Shown: positions 37,213 through 47,319 of the stretch, in pieces
How the letters are laid out: each line of letters begins with the position of its first letter
Position numbering within the stretch: position 1 is the stretch's first letter
NCBI GenBank assembly: GCA_035495255.1
Contig: DATJGD010000063.1
Span: forward strand, 1 to 64,000
Origin: Bacteroidota bacterium
GTDB taxonomy: Bacteria > Bacteroidota > Ignavibacteria > UBA10030 > SZUA-254
Direction: 5' to 3'
DNA length: 64,000 bases
Notes under the pieces: model-generated
The model's database searches: none
The model's input: only the letters and a program-made list of their open reading frames with translations
What the model was told of the DNA's origin: nothing
Position numbers and translations under genes: made by a program

Positions 37213-39966
37213 ATGTCTGAAAAGAAGATAAACCGAATTACCGCCGTGGGAGTTTTTCTTGCAACTCTCATCGTGTATATGAAAACTCTCTCCGTTACGG
37301 TGGTATTCTGGGATGTGGGTGAATTTTGCGCGGCTTCGCGCCTGCTTGAAGTGCCGCACCCGCCCGGCTCTCCCTTGTTTACGCTTATCGCCCGCCTGGT
37401 ATCCCTGGTTCCGTTTCTTCCGGATATCGCCGCGCGCATGCACGCCATCTCGGCGTTCGGCAGCGCTCTCGGCATTATGTTCCTCTATCTCTCCGGCGTG
37501 AAAATTATTGGCCGGTTCCATCGCATTGAAAGCAACATCGACAGATTTATCGTCTACGGGTCCGCGGCGATCGGCGCGTTCTCCCTCGCGTTCAGCACGA
37601 CGTACTGGGATAACGCGATCGAAGCGGAAGTCTACGGCCTCGGGATGTTCTTCATCTCAACGTGCGTCTGGCTTGTCCTGCGCTGGTGGGAACGCGCCGA
37701 CGAGCCGCATAATGAAAAGTATCTCATGCTCATCGCGTATGTTCTCGGACTTTCGACGGGCGTGCACATTCTCGCGCTCCTCATTGCAATACCCATTATG
37801 ATGGTGGTGTACTTCAGAAGAGTCGAATTCTCCCGCGAAAGTTTCATCAAGTTCGGGCTCCTCGCGGTCGGATCATTTTTTGTCATTTATCCCGGTATCG
37901 TGCAGGTGCTCCCGTCGTTGCTCGACGGAGAATTCAAGGGATTTAAGAGCGATCTCCTTCCTTTTATTCCGCTCTTATGCATTGTGGCGGCGGCGTACGG
38001 CGCCTGGCGCAGCATCGAAACAAAACAGAAGTTTCTCCATATCGCCTGTCTTTCGTTCCTGTTTATCGTCCTCGGGTATACGACCTATACGCAGGTGCTC
38101 ATCCGGTCGAACGTCGACAACCTCCCGATGAAGGAAAATAACCCGAATAATCTCAGCCGGCTCACGAGCTATCTGACGCGCGAGCAGTACGGCGAGACAC
38201 CGATGTTCAAAGGCGAGAGCTGGGATAACGATATGCAGAACTACAGGGAAAAACTTTTTCCCCGCAGATGGTCTCGCGAATCGATGCACGAGCCGACGCG
38301 GTCAAATTATACCAGCGACGGTGATTTTTTCTGGAATTACCAGGTGAAGCACATGTTTCTCCGCTATATCGGCTGGAATTTTGTCGGGGCGGAAGGCGAC
38401 TGGCAGGACGCGGGGGTCAGCTGGAAAGAAACCTTCGGCATCCCGTTCCTCCTGGGAATGATCGGACTGTATTATCATTTCAAGAAAGACTGGAAAATGG
38501 CGCTGGTGTTCTTTGCCGGTTTCATGATCATGGGCATTGTCCTCGATCTGTACCAGAATCAGCAGGATCCCCAGCCGCGCGAACGTGACTACTTCTACGT
38601 CGGGGCGTACTATTGTATCGCGCTCTGGATCGGCGTCGGCATCACGGGCATCGCCGGGATGATCAAGGAAGCCACGAAGGCGTCGGGTGCGTATGTTCCG
38701 GCTGTTTCAGGGTTACTCGCAGTTGCATGTATTGCGGCCCCGGTCAATCTCGCGCGCATCAACTGGCATGAGCATGATCGCAGCGGAAATTACGTCGCGT
38801 GGGATTATTCGTACAACCTCCTTCAGAGCTGCGAGCCGAACAGCGTCCTCTTTACGAACGGCGACAACGATACATTCCCCCTGTGGTATCTGCAGGATGT
38901 CGAAGGAGTTCGCCGCGACGTTCGCATCGCGAACCTCAGCCTCATCAATACGAACTGGTACATCATGGCCCTTAAACATGATAAGCCGTTCGGCACACCG
39001 GCTGTTCCGATCTCCCTGACGGATGATCAAATCGAGAAGATACAACCGACGATTTGGAAACAGAGGCAGATCGATATTCCCGTCCCGAAAGAAGTCGCAC
39101 GAAAGTTCGGAACGACCGACAGCCTCGTCCTCAACCAGGGGAAGATGTCGTTCACGATGGCCGGCGTCCCCGTTTCCCAGGACACGAGAATTGTACGTGT
39201 CCAGGATATCATGGTTCGTGACATCATACTCATGAATAAGTGGGAACGCCCGATCCACTTTGCCGTCACCTGCTCGCCCGATTCAAAGATCGGTCTCGAT
39301 AATTTCCTCTGGATGCGCGGACTTGTCTACACGCTCAAGCCGCAGCGCGTGCCGAGCACCGATGTCACAGGCGGCATCGACCGGAAGATCATGGAAGAAA
39401 ATGTCATGGGGCACGATATCAAGGCTGTGCCGACTCCTCAGAACGGGTTCCTCTATCGCAACCTCAATAACCCGGCCGTCTATTACGACGAGAACGTTCA
39501 ACGCATGGTGATGAACTACCGCGCGAGCTTCCTGCGCCTGGCCTTCCACGCGATGCGGTTTGATAGCAACATCCCAAGGGCGAAGGAGATCATGCAGCGG
39601 ATGGAAGAGGTTCTGCCGGTCACCGTCATTAAGAATCAGGACTGGCGCCTGACCGCCGATATCATGGGTGTCTTTAACCAGGTCGGCGACAGCGTAAACT
39701 TCAATAAATATTCCCATATCGTTGAAGCGCAAGCGAACGACCTCATTTCAACTGACCGCCTGGATCCGAACGATCCGTTTATGCCGTACCGTTATCTCAT
39801 CGACATTTACGATGCCCGGAAAGACTATACGTCAGCGCTCTCGATACTTCAACAGGCCGATGCGAGATTTCCCAATGTTCCCGAGCTGAAGGCGAAGATC
39901 CAGGAATATCAGACGAAGCTCAACGGCACGAGATCGGATACCGCAGCCGCTCATAAGACGCAGTGA
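37213..39966 (+). CDS. DUF2723-domain protein (GT-C-like polytopic membrane glycosyltransferase candidate, TMEM260-like) with a C-terminal TPR-like domain
   Basis: 917 aa. The N-terminus has 10 or more TM helices. The FWDVGEF motif near the N-terminus is typical of DUF2723. Confidence 0.6.
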   Translation: MSEKKINRITAVGVFLATLIVYMKTLSVTVVFWDVGEFCAASRLLEVPHPPGSPLFTLIARLVSLVPFLPDIAARMHAISAFGSALGIMFLYLSGVKIIGRFHRIESNIDRFIVYGSAAIGAFSLAFSTTYWDNAIEAEVYGLGMFFISTCVWLVLRWWERADEPHNEKYLMLIAYVLGLSTGVHILALLIAIPIMMVVYFRRVEFSRESFIKFGLLAVGSFFVIYPGIVQVLPSLLDGEFKGFKSDLLPFIPLLCIVAAAYGAWRSIETKQKFLHIACLSFLFIVLGYTTYTQVLIRSNVDNLPMKENNPNNLSRLTSYLTREQYGETPMFKGESWDNDMQNYREKLFPRRWSRESMHEPTRSNYTSDGDFFWNYQVKHMFLRYIGWNFVGAEGDWQDAGVSWKETFGIPFLLGMIGLYYHFKKDWKMALVFFAGFMIMGIVLDLYQNQQDPQPRERDYFYVGAYYCIALWIGVGITGIAGMIKEATKASGAYVPAVSGLLAVACIAAPVNLARINWHEHDRSGNYVAWDYSYNLLQSCEPNSVLFTNGDNDTFPLWYLQDVEGVRRDVRIANLSLINTNWYIMALKHDKPFGTPAVPISLTDDQIEKIQPTIWKQRQIDIPVPKEVARKFGTTDSLVLNQGKMSFTMAGVPVSQDTRIVRVQDIMVRDIILMNKWERPIHFAVTCSPDSKIGLDNFLWMRGLVYTLKPQRVPSTDVTGGIDRKIMEENVMGHDIKAVPTPQNGFLYRNLNNPAVYYDENVQRMVMNYRASFLRLAFHAMRFDSNIPRAKEIMQRMEEVLPVTVIKNQDWRLTADIMGVFNQVGDSVNFNKYSHIVEAQANDLISTDRLDPNDPFMPYRYLIDIYDARKDYTSALSILQQADARFPNVPELKAKIQEYQTKLNGTRSDTAAAHKTQ

Positions 39967-40019
39967 CCGCTGCAGCGACCGGGCTACATAGTTGTCGTTC
40001 ATCCCGCGGGAAATGACCG

Positions 40020-40991
40020 ATGAACGTTTTAATTACAGGTATCGATGGGTTTGTCGGAAGCCATCTCGCCGATGCTTTGGCGGGCAGGCCCGAACTGCGG
40101 TTGTTCGGAACGACGCGTCATTCCGGTTCACCGAAGGCAAGCCACCCGCCTGCCATCCCGCTTCATCAGATCGAAATTACCGACAAGGAGCAGGTCAAGA
40201 AGGTCATTTTTGACCTCGCTCCTCAAAAACTCTTTCATATCGCCGGACAGGCATTCGTCCCGGCGGCCCTGAGCGATCCCTACGGAACATTTCGGACGAA
40301 CATCGACGGGTTGATCAATATCCTCGAAGCAGTTCGTTTGCTGCGTCTGGAGAAGCAAGTATCCTGCTCGGTGCTGGTCGTGAGCAGCAGCGAGATTTAT
40401 GCTCCGGTACCGCTTGACAAATTGCCAATCGATGAAAACACTCCTCTCATTCCGTCGAATCCGTACGCTGCGAGCAAAGCGTGCGCGGACCTCATTGCCC
40501 AGCAATACCGGGCGGCATTCGGCGTCGACGTGGTGATCGCGCGTCCGTTCAATCATCTTGGCCCGCGGCAGAGCGAGTTATTTGTCGGATCGGCGCTTGC
40601 ACGGCAAATCGCGGAGATCATCCTCAAAAAACGCGAACCGAAGCTCCTCGTCGGCAATACCGAAACGGTCAGGGATTTCACCGATGTACGCGACGTTGTG
40701 CAGGCGTATATCCGGCTCCTTGAGCGGCCGCAAAGTAAACCGGTCTTCAATGTATGCTCGGGCCGCGGAATAGCAGTCCGTGAGATCCTGGAAACGCTGT
40801 GCTCACTGAGCGGCATCGCGATCGATGTCGTGCAGGATCCGGCACGCATGCGTCATAATGAAATCTCAACTGTTATTGGAGACGCCGGGAGGCTCCGTGC
40901 GAGCACCGGCTGGTCTCCTCAGATCCCGCTGCGCCAGACGCTTCAAGACTTACTCCACTACTGGGAAGGCCGAATCCGCAATTCTGAATGA
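40020..40991 (+). CDS. NAD-dependent epimerase/dehydratase (SDR family; GDP-4-keto-6-deoxymannose reductase/Rmd-like)
   Basis: It has a GxxGxxG Rossmann motif (TGIDGFVGSHL). The PYAASK sequence provides the YxxxK catalytic dyad. Confidence 0.7.
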   Translation: MNVLITGIDGFVGSHLADALAGRPELRLFGTTRHSGSPKASHPPAIPLHQIEITDKEQVKKVIFDLAPQKLFHIAGQAFVPAALSDPYGTFRTNIDGLINILEAVRLLRLEKQVSCSVLVVSSSEIYAPVPLDKLPIDENTPLIPSNPYAASKACADLIAQQYRAAFGVDVVIARPFNHLGPRQSELFVGSALARQIAEIILKKREPKLLVGNTETVRDFTDVRDVVQAYIRLLERPQSKPVFNVCSGRGIAVREILETLCSLSGIAIDVVQDPARMRHNEISTVIGDAGRLRASTGWSPQIPLRQTLQDLLHYWEGRIRNSE

Positions 40992-42124
40992 AGATCCTCA
41001 TCTTCAACTGGCAAGACATTAAGAATCCTCAGGCCGGAGGAGCGGAGGTCCATCTCCATGAAGTGTTTTCCAGAATCGGGGGCATGGGCCACGACGTGAC
41101 GCTTTTTTGTTCAGCCTTCGAAGGCAGTGCGCCCGTCGAAGCGGTCAACAATATCCGCGTCATCAGGAAGGGGGGACGGTATCTTTTCAATTTCCTCGTC
41201 CCGTTCATGTACTGGCTCCGCTTTCGCCGCGAGAAATACGATCTCGTGATCGACGACATGAATAAAATCCCCTTCTTCACCCCGTTGTACGTTCGCGAGC
41301 CGCTCTACATTATTACCCATCATCTCTTTAAGAAAAGCATCTTTCTCGAGGTTCCGTGGCCCATCGCAATGTACGTCTACCTGACGGAGAAAGCGGGGTT
41401 CGGGTTGTGCCGCTCACGGCACATTCCCTTTATCGTCGGCTCTCCCAGCACCAAGCAGGAACTTCTCGAGATCGGCATTCCCTCCGGCGAGGTCGAGATC
41501 ATCAACTATTGCGTCGACCACAAACTCCACCGGCCCGATCCGCCGCAACGGAGTACGGCGCCGCTCATCGGATATTTCGGACGGCTGAAAAAATACAAAT
41601 CGGTTGAGCAGCTTCTCCACGCGATGGTGATCGTGCGGAAGCAGATTCCGGGACTGAATCTTGTGATTGTCGGGGAAGGGGACAACCGTCAGGCTCTCGA
41701 AAAGCTCGCGGGCGACCTGGGATTGAATTCCAACGTGAAGTTTACGGGATTCGTGGATGAGAGCGAAAAAGTTCGCTGGCTCCAGAAGGTATGGTTTGCG
41801 GTGAATACTTCTTCAAAAGAAGGATGGGGCCTGACAGTGATCGAAGCGAACGCATGCGGTACGACGGTCATCGCCAGCGACGTACCGGGTCTGCGGGACG
41901 CGGTGAAGAATAACGATACGGGCCTGCTGTATCCGTTCGGCGACGTCAACGATCTTGCCGCAAAAATCCTCCGGCTTTGTAATGATGAGGCGGAACGGAA
42001 CAGGCTTGCCAAACATGCCTACGACTGGGCCTCGACGTTTGATTGGGATGTGGCAGCCAGGAACACCCTCACGCTGCTCGAAGGACGCGTCCGTCAGCAT
42101 TCTGCGAAAAGGCAAAACCACTGA
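40988..42124 (+). CDS. Glycosyltransferase family 4
   Basis: It has a GT-B fold pattern. The C-terminal block reads EGWGLTVIEANACGTTVIASD (E-x7-E motif). It overlaps the upstream gene as ATGA. Confidence 0.8.
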   Translation: MKILIFNWQDIKNPQAGGAEVHLHEVFSRIGGMGHDVTLFCSAFEGSAPVEAVNNIRVIRKGGRYLFNFLVPFMYWLRFRREKYDLVIDDMNKIPFFTPLYVREPLYIITHHLFKKSIFLEVPWPIAMYVYLTEKAGFGLCRSRHIPFIVGSPSTKQELLEIGIPSGEVEIINYCVDHKLHRPDPPQRSTAPLIGYFGRLKKYKSVEQLLHAMVIVRKQIPGLNLVIVGEGDNRQALEKLAGDLGLNSNVKFTGFVDESEKVRWLQKVWFAVNTSSKEGWGLTVIEANACGTTVIASDVPGLRDAVKNNDTGLLYPFGDVNDLAAKILRLCNDEAERNRLAKHAYDWASTFDWDVAARNTLTLLEGRVRQHSAKRQNH

Positions 42125-43104
42125 AGAGAGAAACCGACATTCTGTTCATTGCGGCATTTCAGGCGCCGTTTGTCCAGGAAGACATCGATATTCTCTCGAA
42201 ACACTTTCGGGTAAAAACTCTTATCGGCCACGGATTCGGCCAGGTTCTGAAGATCGCGCTGGGGGTACTGCGGGCCGACGTTGTGTATTGCTGGTTCGGA
42301 TCTGTCTACGCTTCAGTCGCTGTGATGATCGCGGGGTGGATCGGTATTAAATCGGTGATCGCCATTGGAGGGGTGGATATCTCAAAAGACGAACGGCTGA
42401 ACTACGGCATCTGGACAAGCGGGTGGAAGTCGAAGTTCGTACGGTACGCGTTCCGGCATGCCAGTCGCCTTCTCGTGAGCGATCTTTCAATGAAAGCAGC
42501 TGCCATGCGGCTTGCGGAATACTCCGGCGCCAACATCGTCTATGTTCCGCCTGCCCTCGATTCAGAGTTCTGGAAACCTCTCGGGGTCAAAGAAGAGCAT
42601 ATTCTCACAGTGGCCTCCGCTGCAAACCACCAGCGCATGCGGCTGAAGGGATTCGATATTCTCACGGAAGCAGCGCGCCGCCTTCCGCAATTTACATTCC
42701 ATGTCGTGGGGGTGGACCCCACGGTGACGTTCGAACTTCAGCCCCCGGCGAACATGACGTTTTATCCGGCGAGACCCCGGAAAGAACTGCTTCCTTTTTA
42801 TCAATCGGCAAAGATCTATTGCCAGCCCTCGGTGCACGAGGCTCTCTGCTACACCCTGCGCGAGGCCATGCTCTGCGAATGTATTCCGGTAGCATCGGAA
42901 GTCGGGGGCATGACGACCGCCGTGAGCGGGATTGGCGTTCTTGTTCCGCCGGAAAATGTTGACGCGCTTGTCGGCGGCCTGCTCAGGGCGATGCGCATGA
43001 CGCACGAAGCGGGGGAAAAAGGAAGGGCCCGGATGGTGGCGCTCTACGCAAAAGAGAAGCGTGAAGCTGAGCTCCCGCGGCTCGTCGAAGGGCTGGGTTC
43101 GTGA
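42121..43104 (+). CDS. GT4-like glycosyltransferase with an unresolved start (no in-frame ATG/GTG; TTG at 42043, CTG at 42121 or ATT at 42139 are the candidates)
   Basis: The C-terminus carries the GT4 motif (HEALCYTLREAMLCECIPVASEVGG). The N-terminus begins ~TDILFIAAF right after the upstream stop. Confidence 0.5.
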   Translation: MKRETDILFIAAFQAPFVQEDIDILSKHFRVKTLIGHGFGQVLKIALGVLRADVVYCWFGSVYASVAVMIAGWIGIKSVIAIGGVDISKDERLNYGIWTSGWKSKFVRYAFRHASRLLVSDLSMKAAAMRLAEYSGANIVYVPPALDSEFWKPLGVKEEHILTVASAANHQRMRLKGFDILTEAARRLPQFTFHVVGVDPTVTFELQPPANMTFYPARPRKELLPFYQSAKIYCQPSVHEALCYTLREAMLCECIPVASEVGGMTTAVSGIGVLVPPENVDALVGGLLRAMRMTHEAGEKGRARMVALYAKEKREAELPRLVEGLGS

Positions 43105-44489
43105 GACGATTCGCCGCAAACGTAGCCTTAATTATTACGGGGGATGCGGTGCGGAGGCTCTTCGGCTTCCTCACGATTGCCTACCTTGCACGGACGATCA
43201 CCACCGCGGATTTTGGAATCATGAATATCGGATTCACCGTCTTATCGTATGCGCTCATGGCGGCTTCCGGAGGATTGTCCACGCTCGGTACCCGTGAAAT
43301 TGCCGGCGGCGCAGAACGCAGTCTTGTAGGCTCGCTGCTCGGCCTGAAATTTGTCTGCGCACTCGCCACGTATGCCATTGTTGCGGCGGTTGTTCTCGCG
43401 TTCGTCGCTTCGGCCGCGCTAAGTTCTCTCATTCTTGTCCTTTGTGGTTCATTGGTTGTGCAGGCGCTGTTTCTGGACTGGTTCTTTCAGGGGAAGGAGC
43501 AGATGCTGCCGGTGATGGTTGCGCGCTGTGCGTCGGCGGTCGTCTACTTCGTTCTCGCGATTACCCTCGTGCACTCGCCTGCGGACCTTCTGCGCATTGG
43601 AGTGGCGGCCGTCAGTTCCGACGTCATCGCGGTGTTGGCGGTGGCTGTCATGTATCAACGGGAGTTTGGCCCGTTGAAGTTCTCATCTCATCACTGGAAA
43701 GGCCTGATTCGGCGCGCAGTACCGCTTGGCAGCGGCACGATTCTCGCGCACTTCAGCATTAACCTGCCGCCGATCATTATCGGCCTGCTCATGACAAACG
43801 CGGATGTGGGAGTCTTCAGCGCCGCCGGCAAGATGGTGTTCTTCCTCCTGATGTTTGACCGCGTCCTCGGGGCCGTACTCTTGCCTGCCTCCGCCCGTCT
43901 CTTTGCGGCTGACCCGGCGAAATTGACAGAGAGGCTCGATCTCATGCAGAAATGGATTTTCATCGTAGCGCTGCCTATTTGCGCGGGCGGGACATTGCTC
44001 GCCGGTCACCTCATCCCGTTCGTCTTCGGCGAGCAATATGCGGCGGCCGTCCCCGTGTTTCAGATCTTCATTTGGTATCTGCTTGTCACGATGATCCATA
44101 CCGTCTTTACAACCTCCATCGTCGCCGTGGGAAAAGAGAAAGAGTACAGCCGGGTCATGCTCGTGAGTGCGGCTGTCTACGCGGTTTCAATCATTGTCTG
44201 CACGAAGCTGCTCGGGATTGCGGGAACTGCGGCCGCGGTTGTGGCCTCGGAGACAGTGACGCTTCTACTGATGCGACGGGCCTTTCATGCGAGCCTGAAA
44301 ACGAGCCTGCCCCGTTCTCTCCCGGCAATTGTTCTTGCCGTCATCGTTATGTCTGCGGCCGTCCTCTTGCTTGGTAATCTGCATCTTGTGCTGGTGATTC
44401 TCATCGGCGCCCTTGTCTATGCGTCGGTTCTTTTTGTCACCCGCACGCTCTCCGTCGCCGAAGTGGCCGGCCTGGTGAAACAACCATGA
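43101..44489 (+). CDS. Wzx-like oligosaccharide flippase (MOP superfamily polysaccharide biosynthesis protein), GTG start
   Basis: It has about 12-14 TM helices and a polysaccharide-biosynthesis-protein pattern. It is coupled to flanking genes by GTGA and ATGA overlaps. Confidence 0.7.
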   Translation: MRRFAANVALIITGDAVRRLFGFLTIAYLARTITTADFGIMNIGFTVLSYALMAASGGLSTLGTREIAGGAERSLVGSLLGLKFVCALATYAIVAAVVLAFVASAALSSLILVLCGSLVVQALFLDWFFQGKEQMLPVMVARCASAVVYFVLAITLVHSPADLLRIGVAAVSSDVIAVLAVAVMYQREFGPLKFSSHHWKGLIRRAVPLGSGTILAHFSINLPPIIIGLLMTNADVGVFSAAGKMVFFLLMFDRVLGAVLLPASARLFAADPAKLTERLDLMQKWIFIVALPICAGGTLLAGHLIPFVFGEQYAAAVPVFQIFIWYLLVTMIHTVFTTSIVAVGKEKEYSRVMLVSAAVYAVSIIVCTKLLGIAGTAAAVVASETVTLLLMRRAFHASLKTSLPRSLPAIVLAVIVMSAAVLLLGNLHLVLVILIGALVYASVLFVTRTLSVAEVAGLVKQP

Positions 44490-46030
44490 ACTATCACGTC
44501 GGCATTTGCGGGAAGAGCCCCGGCTGGGAGCTGTTGCTCGCGCAGGAGGGCCTGCGATGTTCTGCTTTTTCTGAGAGCGGAAGTGGCGGCAACTACTGTG
44601 CGGTTGTCGTCAGCGATAATTTTGCTGCTGACGATGGTCCGGCGCTAAAAAAGTACCTTTCGGGGGGAGGATCAATACTCTGTTCGGGGAGAGTTTTTGA
44701 GAAAACATTCGCCGGTTCAACGGTGAGCCGTTTCATTCGCTACCTTGTTGATGATGCTTCGCTTTCCGGATTCGGACTTCTGGACATTTTCACGGAAGGG
44801 AAGATCCCGGCCGGTGCAAAATATGCCCGCACCGCACACGGGAGCCCGGCGGTGTTCATCGGCGAATACGGCGGGGGAATCCTCGCAGTTCTGCCCTTCG
44901 ACCCCGGCAGCCTGGTTCTGGATCGGCGGATTATGGCGAAGTCGTTCTACACCTCCCGCAACCGCATGCCGCATGAAACGGTCTCGATGGTGTCGAAGGG
45001 GGCGCTCCGTAAATTTGTCGCCGGAATTCTGGAAAAAGTTCACCATCTTAGAAAGATTCCCTACGTACATACATGGTATTACCCGCGCGACGGACGAAGC
45101 ATTTTCGCTCTGCGGATCGATACAGACTATGGCGGCGAAGAGGAAATCAATACGTTGTACGACCTCTCGAATGAGTTTTCGACTCCCTTTTCCTGGTTTG
45201 TTCACGTCGGTTACCGGCCGTCGCTCCTCCAAAAATATAAGGACATGAACAACCATGAGATCGGGGTACATTGTTTCGACCACATCCGGTACGAGAATTC
45301 CGGTGTTATCGCCGAAGATTTGAAAAAGGCTGTTGCGTCATTTGAATCCGCGGGCATTCATCCCCGGAGTTTTGCCGCGCCGTACGGAATCTGGAATTAC
45401 GATATTGCCAGGGCGGTTGAACAATTTCACTTTGAATATTCCTCCGAATTTTGCTATGATTACGATAATCTTCCGTCGCACACGGTGACGCAACACCCCC
45501 TGCAGGCACTCCAGGTCCCGATTCACCCTGTCAGCATCGGAAGTCTCCGGCGCCAGGGTTTTTCGGAACAGGAAATGACCGGCTATTTTGCGGAGGTCAT
45601 CGAACGAAAGATTCTACTCCGCGATCCGGTCATGCTCTATCATCACCCGAACAACAGGCATGAACGTGTTCTGAGAGAAGTCATGGCCAACATCCGGCGC
45701 ACATCGCTTCCGTCGATGCGGCTCATCGATTTCGCTGAGTGGTGGAAGAAGCGGGAGAATTCGATTCCGAATATCGAACTCCGGGGGACGACATTAGGTG
45801 CCGATGGAGCCTCCTCGGATGGCGATGTCTGGCTGCACGTCACCAGGGGAGACGGGACGGAATGTTTTATTCCGCCGGCGTCTTCTATGGATTTGAATTC
45901 GGCCGGTTGGAGTGCCCGCCCGGCACCGTTATCTTTGCCGGAAGATTATGCCCGCGTTCGTAAGTACAATCCGTGGATTGCCATTAATAAATTGGAAGAT
46001 GCCGTCACGCGTATGTTCCGATCGGTGTAA
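44486..46030 (+). CDS. Polysaccharide deacetylase-like (CE4/NodB-like) protein with an N-terminal extra domain
   Basis: There are weak matches to the CE4 motifs (RIDTDYG ~ TFDDG; HEIGVHCFDH ~ HxxxxH; AAPYG ~ RPPYG; VMLYHHP ~ LxH). This call is tentative. Confidence 0.4.
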   Translation: MNYHVGICGKSPGWELLLAQEGLRCSAFSESGSGGNYCAVVVSDNFAADDGPALKKYLSGGGSILCSGRVFEKTFAGSTVSRFIRYLVDDASLSGFGLLDIFTEGKIPAGAKYARTAHGSPAVFIGEYGGGILAVLPFDPGSLVLDRRIMAKSFYTSRNRMPHETVSMVSKGALRKFVAGILEKVHHLRKIPYVHTWYYPRDGRSIFALRIDTDYGGEEEINTLYDLSNEFSTPFSWFVHVGYRPSLLQKYKDMNNHEIGVHCFDHIRYENSGVIAEDLKKAVASFESAGIHPRSFAAPYGIWNYDIARAVEQFHFEYSSEFCYDYDNLPSHTVTQHPLQALQVPIHPVSIGSLRRQGFSEQEMTGYFAEVIERKILLRDPVMLYHHPNNRHERVLREVMANIRRTSLPSMRLIDFAEWWKKRENSIPNIELRGTTLGADGASSDGDVWLHVTRGDGTECFIPPASSMDLNSAGWSARPAPLSLPEDYARVRKYNPWIAINKLEDAVTRMFRSV

Positions 46031-46075
46031 AGCTATTTTGTTGCCTGTCGTTTTAATGAACATTGAATTTCGCAT

Positions 46076-47110
46076 ATGAACGTTTGTCTCGCTAGTTACC
46101 ACTCCGTGATGATGTTGAAGGGAGGACCCCGAACGCAGATCCTTCAGACCAAACGCTGCCTTGAGCAACTTGGTGTCAACGTCTCGCTCTTCCAATCGTG
46201 GGAAGAATTCAAAAAAGACCAGGTCGACCTCCTGCATCTGTTCGGCGCGAATATCGGGACGTATCATTTCGCGCGCGAAGTGCATAAGCTTGGAATCCCG
46301 ATGGCGGTTACGCCCATCTACTTTACACGACACTCACCGCTGTTTGTACGATCGGTTCTTGGGATCGACAGAGTCGTCCGTTCCGTAGCGAGAGGAACAT
46401 GGACCGATTACGGAATTGTCGCCGAGATCTGCCGGTGGGGGAAAGCAGTCCTTCCGAATACGCTTCGGGAAGCCCGCCTGGTGGAAAAGGGACTGGGAAT
46501 TCCAGAGGAGCTCATCACGGTCGTGCCGAACGGGGTCGACGCGCGGTTTGCCAATGGGGATCCGGCACTCTTCAAGAAGCAGTATGGGATTGAATCACCG
46601 TTCGTCCTGAACGTCGGCCATATCGGCCCCGAGAGAAAGAACGTGTTCCGGCTACTCCAGGCATTGAAGAAAGTGAACGTTCCTTCGGTCATCATCGGCC
46701 GGATTGAGGACAACGCCTACGGCAGAAAATGTCTCGAAGAGGCAAAGCGTAACCCGCGTGTCCTCGTTCTCGATTCGATTCCCAACGATTCGCCGCTCCT
46801 TGCATCTGCGTATGCCGGATGTGACGTTTTCGCACTGCCTTCTCAGTTCGAAACTCCGGGTATCGCGGCCCTTGAAGCCGGTCTCGCCGGCGCGAAAGTT
46901 GTCATCACGAAATACGGCGGCACCGAAGATTATTTTGGCCCCCTTGCCGAATACGTAGAGCCCACCTCCTGGGAGCTTATTCATCACGGGATCACGACTG
47001 CGCTGAATAAGCCGAAGGATGATGAGCTTCGTCACCGCATCCGGCAGGAATTCCTTTGGGAGAGCGTCGCGAAGAAGACGCTGGAAGCTTACCAGAAGAT
47101 CCTGAGATAA
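46076..47110 (+). CDS. Glycosyltransferase family 4
   Basis: It has a GT-B fold. The C-terminal block reads ETPGIAALEAGLAGAKVVIT. Confidence 0.75.
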   Translation: MNVCLASYHSVMMLKGGPRTQILQTKRCLEQLGVNVSLFQSWEEFKKDQVDLLHLFGANIGTYHFAREVHKLGIPMAVTPIYFTRHSPLFVRSVLGIDRVVRSVARGTWTDYGIVAEICRWGKAVLPNTLREARLVEKGLGIPEELITVVPNGVDARFANGDPALFKKQYGIESPFVLNVGHIGPERKNVFRLLQALKKVNVPSVIIGRIEDNAYGRKCLEEAKRNPRVLVLDSIPNDSPLLASAYAGCDVFALPSQFETPGIAALEAGLAGAKVVITKYGGTEDYFGPLAEYVEPTSWELIHHGITTALNKPKDDELRHRIRQEFLWESVAKKTLEAYQKILR

Positions 47111-47319
47111 CAGAAAGCACCCTGATCGGCTGTTCCTGCGATGGTGTGAACCTTTCGCGTTTGGATTGAACCCTCAACTCCTGCTTTGAATGGAGCTTTC
47201 GTGAGCCTGTCTTGAATTTCTTCCCCCTTCTCTCTATATTTTAGAAACATTCTTGATGATATTGTCCGTTGTTGAGCACTGTTAGTCAAATAGAATTGCA
47301 ACAGGCGGCAGGGGAATAC

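Noticed and set aside
42562-43119. 185-aa minus-strand ORF
   Set aside because: It is antisense to the GT4-like gene.
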